The position numbers and the translations under genes are program-made. Below are positions 36,960-45,261 of a DNA stretch of 64,000 nt, one piece after another. How positions within the stretch are numbered: the stretch's first letter is position 1; the number at the start of each line of letters is the position of its first letter. The notes beneath the pieces are model-generated. The model did no database searches and was not told where the DNA came from. It saw only the letters and a list, made by a program, of their open reading frames with translations. This DNA comes from an uncultured Planctomycetaceae bacterium (GTDB lineage Bacteria > Planctomycetota > Phycisphaerae > SM23-33). Location of the stretch: NCBI GenBank assembly GCA_964607575.1, contig CAZSLS010000003.1:10887-74886 (forward strand). Reading direction: 5' to 3'.

Positions 36960-39142
36960 TTCGGCGACCGCAGCAGGATTATCGTCCCGCCGGCGGCCTT
37001 CAACGCCACCGCCACCACGCATACTCCGATCACGCCGATCAGCGGGATCAGCAGCGTACTGACCAGCAGCGCCCCCAGCGCCGCTCCGACCAGGTCGGCG
37101 GTGTAAAGCCGCGAAGCCGTCGGCGCGAGCCCTGAGAAATTTGCCTTACCGGCCAGCGGAAACTCCATACCCGCCAGCAAGCCGAGTATCAGCGTCGCGC
37201 ACGGGACCGCTATTTGCGAACAGGTCGACATCAACTGTGGATCGGCGATCCCGGCCAGCGCAGTCAGCATCACAGGCAGGAGTCCCGCGTAGATCGCCAG
37301 GGCAAACTCCAGCTTTGCCAGTCCGCGAGCGGTCCAGTGGTTCAGCATCCGGTTCATCGCCAGCGAGCCCAGCGACAGGCCCAACATGAACATCGTCACT
37401 ATCAGGCCAATATTATGATACAAGCTGCCCTGGAGAATCTGAAAGCCCAACAGCAGCACGATCTCCAGAGACGCCACAGAAAAGCCCGTGGTGAAAATCG
37501 CCAGCGGTACGGCCCGGAGGCGGATCACGTAAATCAGCAGGATTATCAGAAGCACCGCTTCGAGTGCGCCGGTCTGGTATTTGAATCGGCTAAGCCAGTA
37601 CTGCAGGTGATAGTAATACCCGACGGGGTGCAGGTCCCTGTTGACCGGCGCGTCGGGGGAAATCGCGCGACGCACGTCAGCAATTCGGTCGGCGGTCAGA
37701 ATACCGGTGAGATAGTTGGCGTTAACGTACTGGTTGCTGATACCGGCCGCTTCGATCCGTTCGGCGATGTCCATGGTCAACTCGCCGTCCGACGCCAGGA
37801 GGAACGTTCGCCCGGCTGGAACGATCAGAGACTCGCTGAAGACAGTTTCAAGCGTTCGATGCGCCGTCCCGATAAGCTGCGCCAACTCCTTGCTGAGGTA
37901 GTTGCGGTATTGTCCCATGGATATGCACAGCACGCCGCGCGGCGCGAGGGCGCGTTTGACCTCTCCGAAAAACTCGACCGTGTAGAAACGGTTGAGTTGT
38001 GAGGTCGAAGGGTCGGGAACGTTGACGATCACCACGTCGTACTCACCGGCGGCCTGGCGGACGAACATGCGACCGTCGGTATTGAACGTGCGTATCCGCG
38101 GGTCGTCCAGGCTCGCGGGCAGGTATTTGCGCGAAACCTCCAGGATCAGCGGATCGAGCTCCACGTAGTCCACTTGGGCGTTGGGGTACTTGAGTATCTC
38201 CCGGGCCGATCCCGCCACACCGCCGGATATCAATAGCACGCGCCGCGCTTTGGGGCGCTGGGCCATCGCGTAGTGTACCGACTCCTCGGCGCTTATGATA
38301 TTGTGCGTCGACAGGAGCGGAAGACCGTTCTGGATGAAAGTATGCTGCCCCGACGATTCGGTGACCACCAGGCTGCCGTACGGTGAATTGCCCCTGTAAA
38401 CAACACGCTGCGGGGCGTATTGAATTTGCGTGGATATCCCGTCGAGGTTTCCGGACCATGCCCCGCCAATCGCGATCGCCCCGAGGGCGACCAGCGCCCA
38501 AGCCGGTATCCTCGGGCGGAGCATCGCCGCAACGCACCCGGCCAGCAGCAGGTTCAACACCGCCGGTACGTACAGGATTCCGAAATGATCCTTCAGCAGG
38601 TGAATCAGCACGAAGCTGAACAGCACGCCGCCGACAATTTCACCGATGCTGTCGAGGAAATACACCCTTCCGATACCCGCGGAAGTCTTGTCGGACGTGA
38701 GGATCCTGCACGACAGGATCAGCAGGTATCCGGTAATCAGGCAGTACGGCGCCAGAAGCACGAAGCAACTGAGCACCGCGGGGGTTACGCCGATGGCCTC
38801 ACCGCGAATGAATACGACATTCCTCAGCGTTCTAAGTGCGAATACCGAGGCAATGGGTCCGACGGAGATAGCGATCTGTGCGACCAGGAGCACCCACAAC
38901 GGATTTTTGAGCCTCGATGTCGTCCTTCCCAGCCATGCGCCGAGCCCCGCCAACAGCAGCCAATTCCCCAGGATTATCCCGAAGATCATCTCGTTGCCCG
39001 CCAGGACACTCAGAAACTCGCGCATCAGCGTGAGCTGCGTGACGATCGACGAGACGCCCAGCGCGCACACGGAGAGAAAAAGCACAACCCGGCGCCGGCC
39101 CACGCCGTCACTCATTGTTATCGCCGAGGGTTTCGTGTTCAT
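36956..39142 (-). CDS. Polytopic membrane protein with a spermidine synthase-like (aminopropyltransferase-fold) central domain (fused MFS-like/spermidine synthase type)
   Basis: VLLISGGVAGSAREILKY, VDYVELDP and YDVVIVNVPDPSTSQLNRFYTVEFF form a SpeE-like core. It is flanked by about 7 N-terminal and about 6 C-terminal hydrophobic helices. The alternative start at 39115 gives an 8-nt overlap with the upstream gene. Confidence 0.75.
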   Translation of the reverse strand: MNTKPSAITMSDGVGRRRVVLFLSVCALGVSSIVTQLTLMREFLSVLAGNEMIFGIILGNWLLLAGLGAWLGRTTSRLKNPLWVLLVAQIAISVGPIASVFALRTLRNVVFIRGEAIGVTPAVLSCFVLLAPYCLITGYLLILSCRILTSDKTSAGIGRVYFLDSIGEIVGGVLFSFVLIHLLKDHFGILYVPAVLNLLLAGCVAAMLRPRIPAWALVALGAIAIGGAWSGNLDGISTQIQYAPQRVVYRGNSPYGSLVVTESSGQHTFIQNGLPLLSTHNIISAEESVHYAMAQRPKARRVLLISGGVAGSAREILKYPNAQVDYVELDPLILEVSRKYLPASLDDPRIRTFNTDGRMFVRQAAGEYDVVIVNVPDPSTSQLNRFYTVEFFGEVKRALAPRGVLCISMGQYRNYLSKELAQLIGTAHRTLETVFSESLIVPAGRTFLLASDGELTMDIAERIEAAGISNQYVNANYLTGILTADRIADVRRAISPDAPVNRDLHPVGYYYHLQYWLSRFKYQTGALEAVLLIILLIYVIRLRAVPLAIFTTGFSVASLEIVLLLGFQILQGSLYHNIGLIVTMFMLGLSLGSLAMNRMLNHWTARGLAKLEFALAIYAGLLPVMLTALAGIADPQLMSTCSQIAVPCATLILGLLAGMEFPLAGKANFSGLAPTASRLYTADLVGAALGALLVSTLLIPLIGVIGVCVVAVALKAAGGTIILLRSPK

Positions 39143-40694
39143 GGAAGGCTTCGACCTGGTAGGTCAGCACGGTCAGACCGGGCTTTCGCCAGTCTGTCGG
39201 CGCCATGCCCGCTTTGCGCGACAACTGGCCGAGGAATGTCTTCTTGTCGGGCATCTGACCCCAGACCTGGGGAAGATATGTCGATTGCATGCGACCTTTT
39301 CTCAGAATCACTCCGTCGATGTGCGGGCGGAGCCTGGCGAGCAAATCTTCGGGAGATTTGAATTTCAGCGGTTTGGGGACCGTAAGAACGCTGATTTCGA
39401 TCTCGATCTTGTCCAATTCGTCCGGTTTAACCGGTTTGAATCGCGGGTCTTTGGTCGCTGCGCTGCCGGTCATGTCCAGCACTTCCTGGTAGAGGGGTTG
39501 TTTTGGGAAGAATCCTCCGATGCAACCCCGCAGTCGTCCGGACCGCTTCAGCGTTACGAAGCAGGTTTTCGGTTCGAGAAGTTGTTTGGGGATTTCGGCG
39601 GTGTTGATCTTCGGGGGCCCTTGCCCTTTGGCGGTCTGAAGGAGCGTCTTGCGGGCGAGGGTCATGAGGAACTTCCGCTCCGCCGGACCGTACGTATCGC
39701 CCTCGGCCGCGGCGCTGCCGGTGTCTGATGCGGTGGGGTCGTAGAATGCAATTGCGGTATATCCGACAACCCTGGAGGTATCTCCCGTTGCGTCTCCGCT
39801 GTTGCAGGCGTTCAGCAGGCGGGTCTTCCATCCCTTGAGTTTGGCCAGGTGCATTAGCGAGAGGATCGGTTCGGCGCCGCACGCTTCCTGTGCGGCCATT
39901 GCGTCGGTGTCGAGTTTGCAGATGGTCTCGACGCACTTGGCGTCCAGTTTTCGGGCGACGTCGTAGGGTTTGTGATGGCTCAGATCGCTGCTGGCGATCA
40001 CGATGGTCTTATCGTCGACGTGCTTTGCGAGCACGCGGGCCAGTTCCTTCGTGTCGGCGTTGCGGAGTACGGCGGGGACCAGCCGGAAGTCCTTCAGCGT
40101 CTTCTGGAGGAAGGGCAGTTGGACCTCCAGCGAGTGTTCCCACGTGTGGGGCGTGTCCTGTCCGAAGGGGGGCAGTTCCTTGCGCGCCTGGCGCCACCAT
40201 CCGGGGCGTTGGACCTGGCAGGGGGGTTTGGATACAAACGGGCCCTTACCGACCAGTTTACGCGCCAGCGGCGAGAGGGCGATCAGTCCCAACGGTGTGC
40301 GATAGGCCTCTACATCGGGGATCGAGGCGCCGCGATATCCCCCCGCGTAATGGCTCGGCGCCAGGACGATCGCCGTACGAATACCCCTGCCTTCGAGTTG
40401 CTTGTAAGCCGCCGCCGCCGTCTTGCCGGAATAACGATAACCCGCATGCGGACATACCAGACCTCGCAGACCCTTGATGCCCAGCGGCTTGGCCCCGACA
40501 AGAAGACCATCCACCATCTCCGACAGCTTCTGCTTGCTGGCAGGATAGAACATGCCCGACACCGCGGGCTCGCGAACGTTCGTGAATTCGCGATCCGCTG
40601 CCTGTCTGTCCCGGTCGTTTTCGTTATCCACCCCGCGGCCGCAACCGATCAATATCCCCACTATCACAATCAGAAACGTAGACACTCGGTACAT
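39108..40694 (-). CDS. Fused Memo-like (AmmeMemoRadiSam protein B) and AMMECR1-like (protein A) lipoprotein
   Basis: Start chosen at MYRVSTFLIVIVGILIGC (lipobox LIGC). The Memo half has GMFYPASK, VCPHAGYRYSG and SSDLSHH. The AMMECR1 half has CFVTLKRSGRLRGCIGGF and IEISVLT. Confidence 0.85.
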   Translation of the reverse strand: MYRVSTFLIVIVGILIGCGRGVDNENDRDRQAADREFTNVREPAVSGMFYPASKQKLSEMVDGLLVGAKPLGIKGLRGLVCPHAGYRYSGKTAAAAYKQLEGRGIRTAIVLAPSHYAGGYRGASIPDVEAYRTPLGLIALSPLARKLVGKGPFVSKPPCQVQRPGWWRQARKELPPFGQDTPHTWEHSLEVQLPFLQKTLKDFRLVPAVLRNADTKELARVLAKHVDDKTIVIASSDLSHHKPYDVARKLDAKCVETICKLDTDAMAAQEACGAEPILSLMHLAKLKGWKTRLLNACNSGDATGDTSRVVGYTAIAFYDPTASDTGSAAAEGDTYGPAERKFLMTLARKTLLQTAKGQGPPKINTAEIPKQLLEPKTCFVTLKRSGRLRGCIGGFFPKQPLYQEVLDMTGSAATKDPRFKPVKPDELDKIEIEISVLTVPKPLKFKSPEDLLARLRPHIDGVILRKGRMQSTYLPQVWGQMPDKKTFLGQLSRKAGMAPTDWRKPGLTVLTYQVEAFHEHETLGDNNE

Positions 40695-40828
40695 GGTATT
40701 AGTCCTCGTGCTGCCAATGATAACATCACATTTATTATACCCCATTGGCGGTGTATTTTAACCCGCATGTCCCTAAAGTGCGGATATATGCTTGAAAGAT
40801 GCCCCCGGGAGCATACTATCTTATAGAA

Positions 40829-42145
40829 ATGAGTGATGTCAGATTACAAGTTGCGTTGGATTTCCTCGAACTCCCGCGAGCGATGGATGTCGCCAGGTCG
40901 GCTGTTGCCGGCGGCGCCGACTATATCGAAGCCGGTACGCCGCTGATCAAGTCCGAAGGGTTAGACGCGGTCAGGCGGCTCCGCGAGATGTTCCCGGACA
41001 AGACGATCATCGCGGACATGAAGACGATGGACGCCGGGAAGATCGAAGCCCAGGCCGCCGCCAAGGCGGGCGCCAATATCATCACCGTTTCCGGGACCGC
41101 TTCCCTGCCGACCATCAGGGAATGTGTCGAGGTCGGCGCCCATTACGGGATCGAAGTCGCTGTCGATCTGCTGGGCGTTCTCGATCCGGTTGCTTTTGCC
41201 TCCCAGGCCGGTGAGTTGGGCGTGGCGTGGCTTGACGTGCATTGTCCCATCGATCAGCAGATGTCCGGGCAGGACCCGCTGGCGGTTCTCAAACAGGTCC
41301 GCGGCGCGACCGATCTGATACTGGCCGTCGCAGGTGGGATCAATAGCGAGACGGCGCCCGACGCGGTCGCCGCCGGCGCCGACGTCGTGATTGTCGGCGG
41401 GGCGATCACCAAGGCCGTCGACCCCCAACAGGCAACCGCTGATATTCGCGCCGCCATCGATTCGGGACAGTCCGTCGCCAGCGATCTGTTCAAACGAGTC
41501 TCGGCCGACACCATCCGCCAGGTACTCCAGACGGTTCGCACTTCCAATATTTCAGACGGTAGTCATCGCCTCGAATGTCTCGAGGGGATAAGGCCTTTGA
41601 GTCCCGGTCAGTTCGCCTGCGGACCGGCGGTTACCGTTCGGACACTTCCGGGCGACTGGGCCAAGTCCGTCGAAGCCATCGACATCGCACAACCGGGGGA
41701 CGTGATTGTGGTCGACGCCTGCAGCAAGCCCCCGGCGATCTGGGGCGAACTGGCCACCGAGAGCGCAAAGGCAAAAGGTATCGCAGGTCTCGTCGTTGAC
41801 GGGGCGGTGCGAGATACCGCCGATATCCGGAGACTCGAGTTCGACGTCTGGACCCGCCACATTACCAGCCACGCCGGCGATCCGCACGGGCATGGCGAGA
41901 TAAACCAGCCAATCCAGGTCGGCGGGCAGGCAGTCGCGCCGGGAGACTGGATCGTAGCCGACGATGACGGCGTGATGGTGCTGCCAAAGGTCCGCGCGGT
42001 CGAAATGGCAAACCGCGCCGCCGACGTCCTCGAAGCCGAAAACCGCATCCGTCAGGAAATCCGAGACGGTAAGGGTACGCTCGGGCAGGTCATAAACCTG
42101 CTGCGATGGGAGAAGCAAGGAGGCAACCGTGCCATCATGGGATAA
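40829..42145 (+). CDS. Bifunctional 3-hexulose-6-phosphate synthase / RraA-like domain fusion protein
   Basis: The N-half is of the OMP-decarboxylase/HPS family (LQVALDF, IIADMKTMDAG, VAGGINSETAPDAVAAGADVVIVGGAI). The C-half is RraA-like (GDVIVVDA...IWGELATESAKAKGIAGLVVDGAVRD). Confidence 0.8.
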   Translation: MSDVRLQVALDFLELPRAMDVARSAVAGGADYIEAGTPLIKSEGLDAVRRLREMFPDKTIIADMKTMDAGKIEAQAAAKAGANIITVSGTASLPTIRECVEVGAHYGIEVAVDLLGVLDPVAFASQAGELGVAWLDVHCPIDQQMSGQDPLAVLKQVRGATDLILAVAGGINSETAPDAVAAGADVVIVGGAITKAVDPQQATADIRAAIDSGQSVASDLFKRVSADTIRQVLQTVRTSNISDGSHRLECLEGIRPLSPGQFACGPAVTVRTLPGDWAKSVEAIDIAQPGDVIVVDACSKPPAIWGELATESAKAKGIAGLVVDGAVRDTADIRRLEFDVWTRHITSHAGDPHGHGEINQPIQVGGQAVAPGDWIVADDDGVMVLPKVRAVEMANRAADVLEAENRIRQEIRDGKGTLGQVINLLRWEKQGGNRAIMG

Positions 42146-42680
42146 AAATGCAGTCCGAGCCGCCGGAAAGGGGCTCCTGGATCGTATAGACGCGGTCATG
42201 GTCGAGGCCGACTGGTCCGGTTTCGTCGAACTCGCGGACATGGTTCCCCAAGTCGACAGGACGTTCCTGACCGGAGCCGGGCGATCCGGACTCGTGGCCA
42301 GGAGTTTCGGTATGCGCCTCATGCACGCGGGGCTTCCCGCATTCATTCCCGGAGAAACCGTCACACCCGCCGCCAGCGCCGGCGACCTGCTCGTGGCCGT
42401 CAGTTGCACCGGAACCACCGGATACACCGAGTACCTCGCACGCCGCGCGCGAGAACTGGGCGCGAAAGTTATCGTCATCACCGCCGAGGCCCAGTCGCCG
42501 ATGGCGCTGGGAGCCCACAAAGTTATTCTCGTACCGGCTAGAGGCGACGACATAGTCGTGCGGGCAGCCGTGTTTGAACACGCCGCGAGCCTCTGTCTCG
42601 ACGCAGTTTTCAACATACTCGTCGACAGACTGAAACTAGACGCGGATTCACTGAGGCAGCGCCACGCGAATCTCGAATAA
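42129..42680 (+). CDS. 6-phospho-3-hexuloisomerase (SIS domain)
   Basis: GTG start with AAGGAGG 7 nt upstream, overlapping the HPS gene by 17 nt. TGAGRSGLVARSFGMRLMHAG and LLVAVSCTGTT. Confidence 0.8.
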   Translation: MPSWDKNAVRAAGKGLLDRIDAVMVEADWSGFVELADMVPQVDRTFLTGAGRSGLVARSFGMRLMHAGLPAFIPGETVTPAASAGDLLVAVSCTGTTGYTEYLARRARELGAKVIVITAEAQSPMALGAHKVILVPARGDDIVVRAAVFEHAASLCLDAVFNILVDRLKLDADSLRQRHANLE

Positions 42681-42769
42681 GGATTTGGGGCTAAGGCTAT
42701 TAAGGGCTGGTGGTTGCGGGCGATCAACGCGAAGGTGCTCCCAACGGCCTGCTATCGGCGAGAATTGCC

Positions 42770-42797
42770 TTGCATGGGTTGGGCGCAGGTATATAAT
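42770..42797 (+). promoter_or_regulatory. Candidate sigma70-type promoter
   Basis: TTGCAT (42770-42775), 16-nt spacer, TATAAT (42792-42797), about 40 nt before the ATG at 42838. Confidence 0.4.
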
Positions 42798-42837
42798 TGC
42801 TGGAGCGGATGGATTTTGAATCTGCTACGGGATTTCT

Positions 42838-43278
42838 ATGTCTGAATTACGTCATGAAAAGCGAGTTACATCACACCCTCCGGTGGTGCAGTGGGTGCTT
42901 GTGGTGATTCTCTCTGTGATAGCCACCTGCCTTCTACTGGAGTTGGGTTTGGGCGCGTCTTCGGCTACCGGGCAGGTGACTTCCGTTGGCGGTAACGACA
43001 TGTTGGTCGTTGGCGGTCAGATCACCAAGGATTCCTACGGTCTGTATTTGGTGGACATGAAGAGGCAGTCGCTGTGTGTTTATCAATGGCTGCCTGGCAC
43101 GAGGAAGCTGCGTTTGATGGCCGCCCGCACGCTTAAATATGACGTCCAGTTGGACGAGTACAATGTCGACAAGCCTACCCCCAGTGACGTGAAACGTCTG
43201 GTCGAGCAGCACAAGAGACTGGGCGGTGAGAAAACAAGCAAGACCGGTGGCGCCGTACAACCGGCCGCTACCCAATAG
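42838..43278 (+). CDS. Small membrane-anchored protein, unknown function
   Basis: One N-terminal helix (VVQWVLVVILSVIATCLLLELGL) and a compact extracytoplasmic domain (YGLYLVDMKRQSLCVYQWLPGTRKLRLMAART). Confidence 0.5.
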   Translation: MSELRHEKRVTSHPPVVQWVLVVILSVIATCLLLELGLGASSATGQVTSVGGNDMLVVGGQITKDSYGLYLVDMKRQSLCVYQWLPGTRKLRLMAARTLKYDVQLDEYNVDKPTPSDVKRLVEQHKRLGGEKTSKTGGAVQPAATQ

Positions 43279-43299
43279 GATCAAGCCGACAGGAGTCAG

Positions 43300-44238
43300 A
43301 TGCCCATGGCCCGCAAGATGTATTATAGCGAACAGGAAGCCGCCGAGTTGTTGGGAGTCAGTGTTGAAGGGCTGGCCCAGTTTGTTCGAGACCAGCGTTT
43401 GCAGGTCTTCAAGGACGGCGACAGGAACATGTACAAAGGCGACGAGGTCGAAGGCCTGGCGCCCGGCGCAGGCGGCGTGGAGGTTGAACTCGTACCCGCC
43501 GAAGACCTTACGTTGGGTGACGCCGACCCAATGGCCAGAACGGCGATAGACACCCCGCAATCCGCCGAAGATCTTTCGTTGGGTAACGCCGACCCGATGG
43601 CCAGAACGGTCATGGACAGTGCGGGATCCGACGCAGACGCCGTCACCCTCTCCGATGCCGAAGAACCGGCGAGTACCGGCGGAAAGGAAGACACGGTAAT
43701 TACCGCCGAGGGTATCAGCATCTTCGACGAAGAGGATCTGGAGATCGAAACTGCCGATCCAATGGCCAAGACGCAGATCGCCCCGAGCCTCGAAGATCAG
43801 ATTGCACTGGACGGCGTCGGAAGCGGTTCTGGTTTGCTCGACCTGACACAGGAAAGCGACGATACTTCACTGGGCGCCGAGCTCCTGGACCACATCGATA
43901 TCGAAGAACCCGTCGAGCCGGTGTCGTTTGACAGACCCGATCAACCGGCGGTGGCGATCCAACCGGTGGCAACTGAATTGGTGATCGACTCCGACAATGT
44001 TTCGGAGGTTCCGGATCCGACCTCGGGGATGTTCGCCGGAATACTCGTCGGATGCGCGGCGGTTGCACTGCTTATAGGGGCAGTCTGTATCGCCGGGATA
44101 ACGGATATGGTTCCCGAATACATTGATACTCTAAGCGAGAAGCTCATGATGGTTATGGTTGTCGCCGTGGCTTTCTCGCTGGTTGCCGGCGGCTTGGGTC
44201 TGATGCTGGGAAAGGCTGCTGCGTCAAAACGCATCTAG
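43300..44238 (+). CDS. Helix-turn-helix (excisionase/MerR-like) protein with acidic ADPMA(R/K)T repeats and C-terminal transmembrane helices
   Basis: AGGAG lies 5 nt before the ATG. N-terminal YYSEQEAAELLGVSVEGLAQFVRDQRL. Three repeats around ADPMA(R/K)T. An SGSGLLDLTQESDDTSLGAELLD motif. Two C-terminal helices. Confidence 0.6.
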   Translation: MPMARKMYYSEQEAAELLGVSVEGLAQFVRDQRLQVFKDGDRNMYKGDEVEGLAPGAGGVEVELVPAEDLTLGDADPMARTAIDTPQSAEDLSLGNADPMARTVMDSAGSDADAVTLSDAEEPASTGGKEDTVITAEGISIFDEEDLEIETADPMAKTQIAPSLEDQIALDGVGSGSGLLDLTQESDDTSLGAELLDHIDIEEPVEPVSFDRPDQPAVAIQPVATELVIDSDNVSEVPDPTSGMFAGILVGCAAVALLIGAVCIAGITDMVPEYIDTLSEKLMMVMVVAVAFSLVAGGLGLMLGKAAASKRI

Positions 44239-44316
44239 CCGACAAAACTCGAAGGCCGTCGCCTCATGCGGCCCGCTCGAGAAAGGACCTCTGACTCTTT
44301 GGAAAGGACTACTGCA

Positions 44317-45189
44317 ATGAAGAACAACCTCGTGATTCCTGTTTGTGTGCTGCTCCTGGTTGGTATGCTTGCCGCCGGCGGGTGCGTACCCAAAGCCGAT
44401 CTCGACAAGGCGCTCGACCTGAACCGTAAGTGTCGCGACAAACTCCAGGAAGAGATGGCCAAGGCCCAGCAACTGCAGGCCGACAAACAGGCGATCCAGG
44501 ACCAGCTTGCGGTAGCTGAAGCCCAGGCCAGGAAAGCCGAGAGCGACGTGGCGACAATGACCGCCGCCCGCGATGATCTGCAGGCTAAATTCGATAAACT
44601 CTTCGCAGATTTCGAGGCGCTCAGCAAGAAAGGACGTCCCGTGGCGCCGGTAGGGATCCTGCTTCCGGGAGCGGTCGACAAGGCGCTGAAGGCCTTCGCA
44701 GATGCCAACCCCGATCTGGTGGAATACGACCCGAGGCTCGGGATGGTGAAGATCAAGTCAGACCTGACCTTTGCGCTCGGTTCGACCACCGCCACAGCCA
44801 GCGCCGTCGAGGCCCTGACCAAACTGGTGACGATCATCAACGATCCAGCCATTGCAAAGTACCACGTTTACATCGCGGGCCATACCGATGACGTTCCGGT
44901 CTCCAGGCCGGCTACAAAGAAACGCCATCCGGACAACTGGTATCTTTCGGCACACCGGGCGGTATCGATAAAGAAAGTGATGCAGAAAGCCGGTCTGACG
45001 TCGGCGAGAATAGGCGTTATGGGATTCGGCGAGTACCACCCGGTAGCCCCCAACAAGACAAGTTCCGCGGGCAAGAAGCTTGGTAACAAGCTCAACAGGC
45101 GCGTGGAGATATGGATCGTTCCGCCGAATCGATTTCTGACGAGTTCCGTGTCCTCGGGCGCGGGCGCAGAGGAAGTCGATGAGAAGTAG
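44317..45189 (+). CDS. OmpA/MotB-domain lipoprotein with an N-terminal coiled coil
   Basis: Lipobox LAAGGC. Heptad-like region KLQEEMAKAQQLQADKQAIQDQLAVAEAQARKAE. OmpA-like IAGHTDDVPV...YLSAHRAVSI...NRRVEIWIV. Confidence 0.75.
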   Translation: MKNNLVIPVCVLLLVGMLAAGGCVPKADLDKALDLNRKCRDKLQEEMAKAQQLQADKQAIQDQLAVAEAQARKAESDVATMTAARDDLQAKFDKLFADFEALSKKGRPVAPVGILLPGAVDKALKAFADANPDLVEYDPRLGMVKIKSDLTFALGSTTATASAVEALTKLVTIINDPAIAKYHVYIAGHTDDVPVSRPATKKRHPDNWYLSAHRAVSIKKVMQKAGLTSARIGVMGFGEYHPVAPNKTSSAGKKLGNKLNRRVEIWIVPPNRFLTSSVSSGAGAEEVDEK

Positions 45190-45214
45190 CCGATCCAGGC
45201 AACAGTAATTCAGG

Positions 45215-45249
45215 GCCCCGTTGCGTTCGTGCAGCGGGGCTCTTGTTTC
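45215..45249 (+). terminator. Rho-independent terminator candidate after the OmpA-like gene
   Basis: 10-bp stem GCCCCGTTGC / GCAGCGGGGC (one G-U pair), 6-nt loop, then TCTTGTTTC. Confidence 0.6.
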
Positions 45250-45261
45250 AAGAGCAGCGTA

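Noticed and set aside
41552-42727. 391-aa minus-strand ORF
   Set aside because: It is antisense to the HPS-RraA and PHI genes, with a Ser/Ala/Arg-rich translation and no motifs.
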